In this document: one piece after another, positions 53,769 to 64,000 of the stretch
Layout of the letters: each line of letters opens with the position of its first letter
Position numbering within the stretch: the first letter of the stretch is position 1
Source: Octopus vulgaris
Lineage: Eukaryota
DNA: 64,000 nt
Assembly: GCA_951406725.2 (NCBI GenBank)
Contig: OX597838.1
Span: 33,666,001-33,730,000, forward strand
Reading direction: 5' to 3'
Notes under the pieces: generated by a model
What the model was told of the DNA's origin: nothing
Database searches by the model: none
Seen by the model: the letters and a program-made list of their open reading frames with translations, nothing else
Program-made: the position numbers and the translations under genes

Positions 53769-54678
53769 TATATTTCGGTGCAAATGGTATTGTTAAGGAG
53801 TGTCGAGTTTTACAATTCTGTAAATTATAGCAATCAGCGTGCAAGTGACTAAGAAAAATAGTCTAATAATGGGGCACATAAGCCCACGACAGAAAATATT
53901 AATATTAATACATTAAACATGATACATGTATTATTTAATATATATAAAAAGTATGAACAAATATCCATATAGACAAATACATATACATATCATCATCATC
54001 GTTTAACGTCTGTTTTCCGCGCTAGCACGGGTTGGACGGTTTGACCGGGGTCTGCACCAGGCTCCAATCTGATCTGGCAGTGTTTCTACAGCTGGATGCC
54101 CTTCCTAACGCCAACCACTCCGCGAGTGTAGTGGGTGCCTTTTACGTGCCACCGGCACAGGTGCCAGGGGAGGCTGGCAGACGCAATCGGTTGGTGCTTT
54201 TAACGTGCCACCGGCACGGAAGCCAGTCAAGGCAGCGATGGCATCGGCCATGTTCGGATGGTGCTTTTTATGTGCCACTGGCACAAGTATCACAACTACT
54301 ATTTAAGCAGCCCGGGTCTTTGCAGTCACAGCATATCTCCAGAGATCTCGGTCCTTCGCCATTGCCTCTGTGAGGCCCAATGCTCTAAGGTCATGCTTGA
54401 CTACCTCATCCCATGTCTTATAAGCAAAGTGTATATACCTAATAGTGCTGCCTGGAGTGGACCCCCCCCCCCCTCCCGCTAGCTACGCTAGTGATTGGAC
54501 AGTTCGACCAGAGCTGGCCAGCTGGGAATCTGCACCATGTTCCAGTCTGACTTGGCTGGAGTTCTATAGCTGGGTTCCCTTCCTAATGCCAACCACTTTA
54601 AAGTGTGTGCTGAGTACTTTTAACATGCCACTGGCATGAGTGCTTCTGTGTGGCACTGGCACAAATACTTTTTAGATA

Positions 54679-55190
54679 CCGTAAATCCTTGAGTATAATC
54701 CGCATTTTCCCCCCAAAATTTAATGGTCAAAATCCCTAGTTCGTAATATATACGAGGTTAAAAATGAAAATTATTTTCTAAGCAATGTCCGAGTCTCTAT
54801 TTGCTGTCCGGCAATTTTTATTCAGATACATTTTGTGATGTTGGGCGCGAAAATACCTTAGGCTAAGCCAGAAAGCAATGAAGTCATAAAAAAATCATCC
54901 ATAACTTGCAGTAAGCAACATTTATTAAACGTTATTACTGTTATTTCTTTATTTTCTGCAAACAAAATGCACAAAAAAGCTACACATTTGCATTATGTTA
55001 TATATACAATAATAATAAAGGACGTTACCATATACATTTTTACAAACCAAGGACGTTATATAGACCTCCTTGACTCAAGTTAGAGAAGGGGTGCGTATTA
55101 TACACAAGGTTTAGGTTTTTCAGAGGTACAGCCCCCTAAAAATCCCCTGCGTATTATACTCAAGGGCGGACTATACTCGAGGATTTACGG
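54679..55190. mobile_element. pogo/Tc1-mariner-type MITE with TA TSD
   Basis: TA|ccgtaaatccttgagtataatccgc ... gcggactatactcgaggatttacgg|TA. Confidence 0.85.
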
Positions 55191-55199
55191 TATATTAGG

Positions 55200-56050
55200 T
55201 GGGTGTGCATAGTGAGTGTATATAATTGCTAAGTGTGCATAGTAAGTGCATGTATAGTAGGTTAGTATATCAGATGAATGTATAGTGTATATACTATGTG
55301 AGTGTATATAGGCGAATGTATAGTGTGTACACTATGTGAGTGTATATAGTGGGCAAGTATGTATACTAGATGAATGTGTACAGTGAGTGTATATAGTAGG
55401 CAAGTGTGTATACTAGATGAATGTGTACAGTGAGTGTATATAGCAGGCAAGTGTGTATACTAGATGGGTGTGTATAGTGAGTGTATAGTAGGTGAATGTA
55501 TAGCATGTACAGTGTGTATATAGTAGGCAAGTGTGTACAATAGTTGAATGTGTACAGTGAGTGTATAGTAGGTGAATGTATATAGTGTGTACACTATGCG
55601 AGTGTATATAGCAGGCAAGTGTGTATACTTGTTGAATGTGTACAGTGAGTGTATAGTAGGTGAATATATATAGTGTGTACACTATGTAAGTGTATATGGT
55701 AGGCAAGTGTGTATACAAGATGGGTGTGTACAGTAGATGAGTGCATAGTTGGTGAATGTTTATAGTAAGTGTGTATAGTGAGTGTATATAGTAGGATACA
55801 CTATGCGAGTGTATATAGCAGGCAAGTGTGTATACTTGTTGAATGTATACAGTGAGTGTATAGTAGGTGAATGTATATAGTGTGTACACTATGTAAGTGT
55901 ATATGGTAGGCAAGTGTGTATACAAGATGGGTGTGTACAGTAGATGAGTGTATAGTTGGTGAATGTTTATAGTAAGCGTGTATAGTAGGTGAGTGTATAT
56001 AGTAGGTGAGTGTATATAGTAGGTGAATGTATATTATAAGTGAATATAGC
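55200..56050. repeat. Complex GTGTATA-rich minisatellite with ~207-bp duplication
   Basis: Block starting acactatgcgagtg at 55591 recurs at 55798. Confidence 0.85.
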
Positions 56051-57279
56051 AGTAGTGGACAAACTGTGGCCCATGGACATTCAGGAAAATCCTTTGAAAT
56101 TTTTCCTGTTAGTCGTGCAGTTCACCTGATGATGAATCATGCTTGATGCAGTCAGATTCTGCAAAAAGGTTGTCCATGTTTGGTACGAGTGATGCAAGAG
56201 CGAATCGGAAAGGTCAGTGTTGAAAAGTAGCCAAGAAAGGTCAGCGTGTGAAGTGAACGAAAAGTCAGCCGTTTCATATTGGTCAAGTCGGAAGATACCA
56301 AAAAAAAAAAAAAGAAAAAATAAATAAAACAAAAAACAAAAAAAAAACCCCGGCCAGTGGTCAAAAGTAAGGGACAAAAAGTGAGTAGTGGGTGAAGGGG
56401 TAGGGGGAGAACGAAGTAAATAGACTGCCTTTATTACTCATCATCATCACTATCAGCATCACAACCATCATTACCATTGCTATTATCACCATCATCATCA
56501 TCATCTTATCTTTGTTGTTGTTGTTGTCATCATCACCATTGTCCCCCCTCATCGTTATCATAATCATCATCATCAGGATCATCACCATCATTGTCGTCAT
56601 CATATCCTCGTTGTTATCATCACCGTCATCATATCCCCCTCCTCCTCATCATCAATATTATCATCTTTCGCAGCTATGGAGATGGAGCCAGCATCACCCC
56701 CCCACACACACACACCAACCAATATCTCTCTCACCAGCCCCTGTTAAAAATTACCAGCAGGGGAAACCTCATAAGGGAGTTTCTTTAGGATCACTTGAGC
56801 AGCTAGAAACAGCAGCCCCCACCTTCACTCTTTCATCCCAAGTCCTCCTTGGCTTCCATACATTTTGTGATTTTTCATACACAGACCCAGGAAGACATGG
56901 GACGAAGTGGTAAAGCATGATCCCCAAACGTTGAGCCTGATGGAGACACAATGACAAGTGACCAGGACCTTTGGTGATATGCTGTTCTTGAGAAGATTTG
57001 TTAAGCCAAGTGAAACTGTAGTGGTTGCCATTGCCAGTGTCATGTAACTGGCACCCGTGCCGGTGGCACATAATAAGCACCCATTACACTCTTGAAGTGG
57101 TTGGTATTAGGAAGGGCATCCAACTGTATAAACCATGCCACAAGGCAGTGAGCTGGCAGAAACGTTAGTACACTGGGCGAAATGCATAGCAGTATTTCAT
57201 CTGCTGCTACGTTCTGAGTTCAAATTCCGCCGAGGTCGACTTTGCCTTTCATCCTTTCGGGGTCGATAAATTAAGTACC

Positions 57280-57506
57280 GCCCCTCTCGAGGGAGAGGGG
57301 CTTTCTCCGTCTGGGTTGCGGATCCGTGGAATAAGCTGCCAGACGAGATGGTGAAGATGCCGACGACCGCTCGGTTCAAAGTCTCCCTTGACCTCAAGTG
57401 GCCTGAACTCTTTACATGAACACCACCCTGTACATAACTCCATGTCCCCCTACATGGCCTTGCTTTTTGCTTTTTGAGCCAAAAAATTAACTAACTAACT
57501 AACTAA
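57280..57506 (+). mobile_element. CR1-clade LINE 3' end inserted in a SINE B
   Basis: RGAFSVWVADPWNKLPDEMVKMPTTARFKVSLD C-terminal motif and (CTAA)n tail. Confidence 0.75.
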
Positions 57507-57859
57507 TTCCTTTGTCTGTCCTTGTTTGTCCCCTCTATGTTTAGCCCCTTATGGGCAATAAAGAAATAAGAAACATTAACACGCCGGGCGAAATGTATAG
57601 TGGTATTTTGTCTGCTGCTATGTTCCGAGTTCAAATTCCGCCGAGGTCAACTTTGCCTTTCATCCTTTCGGGGTCAATAAATTAAGTACCAGTTATGCAC
57701 TGGGGTCAATATAATCGACTTAATTCGTTTATCTGTCCCCTCTGTATGCAGTAAAGAAATAAGAAACCATGTCAAATCAGACTGGAACTTGGTGCAGCTC
57801 TCTGGCTTACAAGTTCCAGTCAAACTGTCTAACCGATGCCAGCATAGAAAGCAGACGAG

Positions 57860-58230
57860 TGGAGGCGCAATGGCCCAGTGGTTAGGGCAGCGGACTCGCG
57901 GTTTCGATTCCCAGACCGGGCGTTGTGAGTGTTTATTGAGCGAAAACACCTAAAAGCTCCACGAGGCTCCGGCAGGGGGTGGTGGTGCTCCCTGCTGTAC
58001 TCTTTCACCACAACTTTCGCTCACTCTTACTTCCTGTTTCTGTTATACCTGTATTTCAAGGGGCCGGCCTTGTCACTCTCTGTGTCACGCTGAATATCCC
58101 CGAGAACTACGTTAAGGGTACACGTGTCTGTGGAGTGCTCAGCCACTTACATGTTAATTTCACGAGCAGGCTGTTCTGTTGATTCGGATCAACCGGAACC
58201 TTCGTCGTCGTAACCGACGGAGTGCTTCCA
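57860..58230 (+). mobile_element. tRNA-derived SINE family C
   Basis: A-box TGGCCCAGTGG, B-box GGTTTCGATTCCC. Same element at 19296-19676 (-); shared head at 16140-16382 (+). Confidence 0.85.
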
Positions 58231-59387
58231 CAGAAAGCAGACACTAAATGATGATGAGGATGAATGAGCTTATTGTATACAGTGCTCAGATGCACTACAA
58301 GCACATGTAATCATAAACACAATGCTGAGCACAGCACATCATCATCGTTTAGTGTCCGCTTTCCATGCTAGCAAGGGTTGGACAGTTCAACTAGGGTCTG
58401 GGAAGCCAGAAGGCTGCACCAGGCCCAGTCTGACCTGGCAATGTTTCTACGGCTGGATGCCCTTCCTAACGCCAACCACTCCATGAGTGTAGTGGATGTT
58501 TTTTAAGTGCCAGGCGAGGTTGGCAAACATCCACGATCGGATGGTGCTTTTTGCGTGCCACTGGCACGGAGGCAGTCGGGGCGACGCTGGCAATGGCCAC
58601 GTTCGGATGGTTCTCTTATGTGCCACCGGCACTGGTATCATGGCTACGATTTCCATTGATGTTGATCGATTTTGATTTTGATTTTGTTTTCCACTTGCCT
58701 CAACAGGTCTTCACAAGTAGAGTTTTGTGTCCCAAGAAGGAAAGGTATGCATAAAGCGGATTGAGGCCAGGAGTGTTATTAATACATACGCTATTGCTTG
58801 ATAACCAGTGTTGGTGTGTTTATGCACCTGCAATGTAGCAGTTCAGCAAATGAGATTGATAAAATAAGTGCCAGGCTTAAAAGAAAGGTACCGAGGAGTG
58901 GGGTGATCCATTCAACTAAATATTCTCCGAGGTAGTGCCTCTGCATGGCCACAGTCTAATGTCTGAAATAAGTAACAAATGAAAGATAATATTTTGGTCC
59001 CCTTTTCAAACCCCAGAGCACCACCACTCACATTAAGAGAAAAATACTGAGGATGAGAAGTCTGCTTCCCAACCACATGGCTTCAGGTTCAGTCCCACCT
59101 TGGGTAAATGTCTTCTACTATATAGCCCTGGGCCGACCAAAGCCTTCTGAGTGGATTTGGTAGACAGAAACCGAAAGAAAAAAAAGGCAGCGAGCTAGCA
59201 GAAATGCTTAGCGGTATTTCGTCTACCGCTATGTTCTGAGTTCAAATTCTGCCAAGGTCGACTTTACCTTTCATCCTCGATTAAATAAGTACCGGTTATG
59301 CGCTGGGGTCGATATAATTGACTTAATCCGTTTGTCCCCTCTATGTTTAGTCCCTTGTGGGCAATAAAGAAATAAGAAGCTCATCAT

Positions 59388-59773
59388 GGCGCAGGAGTGG
59401 CTGTGTGGTAAGTAGCTTGCTTACCAACCACATGGTTCCGGGTTCAGTCCCACTACGTGGCACCTTGGGCAAGTGTCTTCTACTATAGCCTTGGGCTGAC
59501 CAAAGCCTTGTGAGTGGATTTGGTAGACGGAAACTGAAAGAAGCCTGTTGTATATATGTATATATATATATATGTGCGTGTGTGTTTGTCCCCCTAGCAT
59601 TGCTTGACAACCGATGCTGGTGTGTTTACGTCCCCGTCACTTAGCGGTTCGGCAAAAGAGACTGATAGAATAAGTACTGGGCTTACAAAGAATAAGTCCC
59701 GGGTCGAGTTGCTCGATTAAAGGTGGTGCTCCAGCATGGCCGCAGTCAAATGACTGAAACAAGTAAAAGAGTA
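59388..59773 (+). mobile_element. SINE family A
   Basis: Full-length copy. Confidence 0.9.
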
Positions 59774-59839
59774 TATGTTTGCGTGTTTGTCTCCCACCAT
59801 CACCTGGTGACTGGTGTTGATTAGTTTCATAATCCTCAT

Positions 59840-60140
59840 TTGGTCAAGCTTAACCCGCACATGCCGTCCATCTTGATCCGACATTACTTGAAAGGGGTCT
59901 TCAGGGAGGCACCCAGTGTCTCTGCTGAGTTGATCTACATACATTGTGTTTGTACGACCTGTTCTAGTACAGCCATGCTTTGGAATCCATAACAGTAGGT
60001 CACCTGCCAGCAATGTCCCACAAAGTGCAAAGCAGGAGATCCCTATACAACGTTTTCTGGTGGGATGAGTTATCCAAGACATGTCTAAGACTGCTCTTAA
60101 CATTCAGGTGTAAGTTCCATCCAGCTTGGATTCCAGTTTT
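59840..60140 (-). mobile_element. RTE-like LINE ORF C-terminal remnant
   Basis: MLRAVLDMSWITHPT...DLLLWIPKHG...GR...YVDQLSRDTG motif. Confidence 0.65.
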
Positions 60141-60153
60141 TTTGGTAAATGTC

Positions 60154-60565
60154 AGGCGCAGGAGTGACTGTGTGGTAAGTAGCTTGTTTACCAACCACAT
60201 GGTTCCGGGTTCAGTCCCACTGTGTGGCACCTTGGGCAAGTGTCTTCTACTATAGCCTCGGGCTGACCAAAGCCTTGTGAGTGAATTTGGTAGACGGAAA
60301 CTGAAAGAAGCCCGTCGTATATATGTATATATATATATGCATGTGTGTATTTGTGTGTCTGCGTTTGTCCCCCTAGCATTGCTTGACAACTGATGCTGGT
60401 GTGTTTATGTCCCCGTTACTTAACGGTTCGGCAAAAGAGACTGATAGAATAAGTACTGGGCTTACAAAAGAATAAGTCCCGGGGTCGATTTGCTCGATTA
60501 AAGGTGGTGCTCCAGCATGGCCGCAGTCAAATGACTGAAACAAGTAAAAGAGTAAAGTGTAAAGA
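60154..60565 (+). mobile_element. SINE family A
   Basis: Full-length copy. Confidence 0.9.
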
Positions 60566-60706
60566 GAGCTGTTGTAGCATATAAAAGAACTTTCACAGGA
60601 TAAAGAGGCTAATAAAATAAGTTCTTGGTTGTCAGAGAATTTCTATAATTTCATTATTTACAATGTTTACATTTGACGGATATTTGTCCTCATCTTGTTT
60701 GTTGTT

Positions 60707-60752
60707 AACACAATGTTTCAACTGATATACCCTCCAGCCTTCTTCAGGTGTC
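60707..60752 (-). ncRNA. Minimal type I hammerhead motif, second copy (decayed)
   Basis: gacac-CTGAAGA-A-ggctg...cagtt-GAAAC-ATT-gtgtt on the minus strand. Confidence 0.55.
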
Positions 60753-61022
60753 TTGGGGAAATTTCGAACCTGGGTTCTCATTCCTAAGGTATTTTTCGAT
60801 GTTATTATTATTCAAGTCACTGCTTGGAATCCAACTCAGAATCTTGGGGTTAGTAGCCTGCACTCTTAACCACCACACCATATGCCCATGGGCAGAGCGC
60901 AGGCTACTAACCCCAAGATTCCGAGTTTGATTCCAAGCAGTGACCTGAACAACAACAACAACAACGACGACGATGACGAAAAATACCTTTGGAATGAGAA
61001 CCCAGGTTCGAAATTTCCCCAA

Positions 61023-61068
61023 GACACCTGAAGAAGGCTGGAGGGTATATCAACCGAAACGTTGTGTT
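61023..61068 (+). ncRNA. Minimal type I hammerhead ribozyme motif (Penelope type)
   Basis: gacac-CTGAAGA-A-ggctg(10-nt loop)caacc-GAAAC-GTT-gtgtt. Helix I gacac/gtgtt; helix II with one mismatch; loopless palindromic helix III ACGT. Confidence 0.7.
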
Positions 61069-61187
61069 AACAACAAACAAGATGAGGACAAATATCCGTC
61101 AAATGTAAATAATGTAAATAATGTACATAATGCCTCGTCGCTTAAATATAGAACTGTATTTCTACAATTTCGCTAACCCCAATACCT

Positions 61188-61413
61188 TATTTCTTTACTA
61201 CCCACAAGGGGCTAAACATAGAGGGGACAAACAAGGACAGACAAACGGATTAAGCCGATCACATCGACCCCAGTGCGTAACTGGTACTTAATTTATCGAC
61301 CCCGAAAGGATGAAAGGCAAAGTCAACCTCAGCGGAATTTGAACTCAGAATGTAACGGCAGACGAAATACGGCTACGCATTTCGCCCGGCGTGCTAACGA
61401 TTCTGCCAGCTCG
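61188..61413 (-). mobile_element. SINE family B with TSD ccccaatacct
   Basis: Direct repeats at 61177 and 61414; interrupts a Tc1/mariner remnant. Confidence 0.88.
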
Positions 61414-61530
61414 CCCCAATACCTGGCTTCCTAATTCCCCTAATTGTAATCCAATGGATTACTATGTGTGGGCTGCAGTTGAGAAAAACACCAACCACCC
61501 TGCTTGCAACACCGAGACTGAGTCGGTGAC
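61414..61530 (+). mobile_element. Tc1/mariner transposase remnant
   Basis: WLPNSPNCNPMDYYVWAAVEK, a degenerate WPPNSPDxNPxDYxxW motif. Confidence 0.7.
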
Positions 61531-61682
61531 TTGGAAACAATAAGTACTTGGGTCAATTTATTTGACTAAAGCCCTTCGAAGAGGTGCCCCAGCATGGCCA
61601 TAGTCTAATGACTGAAACGAGTACGAGATAAAAGACAAGAGATTAAACACATACTCCAACAAAGAAGACATGTTTAAATGAT

Positions 61683-61688
61683 TTTATT
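61683..61688 (-). promoter_or_regulatory. Putative polyadenylation signal of POLR2L
   Basis: AATAAA on the minus strand ~60 nt after the stop codon. Confidence 0.6.
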
Positions 61689-61748
61689 AAAGAAAAATAA
61701 ATTTGTTAAAAACTGGAGTTTAATGAAGGAAGCAGGTCAGGTAATAAG

Positions 61749-62558
<810 letters not shown>

Positions 62559-63042
62559 AGGTCATAAGAATTTATAAACTTGGACAAAACGTGAAATAAT
62601 AGTGATGCAAGCAGTGTCCTTGGTTTTCAAGCTTTCATCAAAACAAACCTGGCCATGCAGAATATTAACCTGCTTAAAAACAGGTGAGTTGACCTTCAAA
62701 ATGCCAATCACTACAGAGTGGACTGGATGCCTTTTCACTTAGCACCAGTGCTGGGGAGGTCACCGAGTAACTTGCAAAATGTGAAATAATAGTTTTAGGA
62801 ATGGTGAATCTTTAACCAAATAACGCTATAAATAATCCTTTCTACTAATGGCACAAGGCCTGAAATTTTGATGGGGGAATGGTCAATTACAATGACCCCC
62901 AGTGTGTAACTGGTACTTAATTTATCAACTCCGAAAGGATGAAAGGCAAAAATTACATGTCAGTCTACTTCATCTTTTGTTAAGACTATAATAGGACTGA
63001 GGTAACTCATCCAGAAGTTATACACAAATAAATAGTGCCATA

Positions 63043-63209
63043 TAGGCGCGGGAGTGGCTGTGTGGTAAGTAGCTTGCTAACCAACCACATGGTTCCGAGT
63101 TCAGTCCCACTGCGTGGCATCTTGGGCAAGTGTCTTCTGCTATAGCCTCGGGCCGACTAAAGCCTTGTGAGTGGATTTGGTAGACGGAAACTGAAAGAAG
63201 CCTGTCGTA

Positions 63210-63250
<41 letters not shown>

Positions 63251-63440
63251 GTCTGTGTTTGTCCCCTAGCATTGCTGGTGTGTTTACGTCCCCGTCACTT
63301 AGCGGTTCGGCAAAAAGAGACCGATAGAATAAGTACTGGGCTTACAAAGAATAAGTCCCGGGGTCGATTTGCTCGACTAAAGGCGGTGCTCCAGCATGGC
63401 CGCAGTCAAATGACTGAAACAAGTAAAAGAGTAAAAGAGA
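63043..63440 (+). mobile_element. SINE family A in the POLR2L intron
   Basis: Full-length copy. Confidence 0.9.
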
Positions 63441-63625
63441 ATATGATGAGTTACCTCGGTCCTATATAGTCTTAACTAAAAATGAATTTGAACTCAGAAC
63501 GTAAAGACAGACAAAATGCCGCCAAGCATTTTGCCAGGTTGTTGCCTTGCTATAAATAACAGCATGTAAACCATCATCATTACCTAGCATCAGTTTTACA
63601 TGGTACCATGAGTATGATGTTTTGA

Positions 63626-63847
63626 AGCGAGCTGGCAGAAACGTTAGCATGCCGGGGCGAAATGCTTTGCGGTATTTCGTCTGCTGTTACGTTGTGAGTT
63701 CAAATTCCGCCGAGGTCGACTTTGCCTTTCATCCTTTCGGGGTCGATAAATTAAGCTACCAGCTACGCACTGGGGTCAATGTAATTGACTTAATACCTAT
63801 GTTTGTCCCCTCTATGTTTAGCCCCTTGTGGGTAATAGAGAAATAGG
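63626..63847 (+). mobile_element. SINE family B
   Basis: Full copy. Confidence 0.88.
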
Positions 63848-64000
63848 TTTGACTGGAACTTGTAAGCCAAAGAGTTGCACTGTGCTCCAGTCTGTTTTGG
63901 CTTGACTTCTACAGCCGGATACTCATCATCATCATCATCATTAACATATGTTGCTCATGCTGACAAGGGTCGAACAGTTTAACCAGAGCTGACAAAAGCT

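Larger units (their letters stand above)
60652..61123. mobile_element. Palindromic head-to-head tRNA-headed element with Penelope-like hammerhead tails
   Basis: Two ~230-bp inverted arms around the palindrome tgcccatgggca; Pol III boxes and CTGAAGA...GAAAC motifs. Confidence 0.8.

Noticed and set aside
56081-56377. Unique-looking segment with short ORFs
   Set aside because: No recognisable homology or consistent splice signals

Overview
Repeat-dense, AT-rich animal DNA. The SINE/LINE/MITE repertoire and long (TA)n/(TG)n tracts point to a coleoid cephalopod, most likely Octopus (inference). I recognise only two protein-coding exons, both on the minus strand. One is the first coding exon of BAZ1A/ACF1 (33947-34059), followed by an intron that appears to run past position 1. 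The other is the last exon of POLR2L/RPB10 (61749-61857), whose first exon lies beyond 64000. The rest is four tRNA-headed SINE families (my labels A-D), RTE/CR1/R4-Dong LINE remnants, Mutator-, pogo-, piggyBac- and mariner-type remnants, minisatellites, a 5S rRNA fragment and a 100-N gap. Almost all ORF-track ORFs are repeat artefacts. The most notable signal is a ~470-bp palindrome (60652-61123) of two head-to-head tRNA-like units, each ending in a Penelope-type minimal hammerhead ribozyme motif. A second, unrelated hammerhead-like element lies at 24477-24514. Repeat boundaries were read by eye and are approximate.
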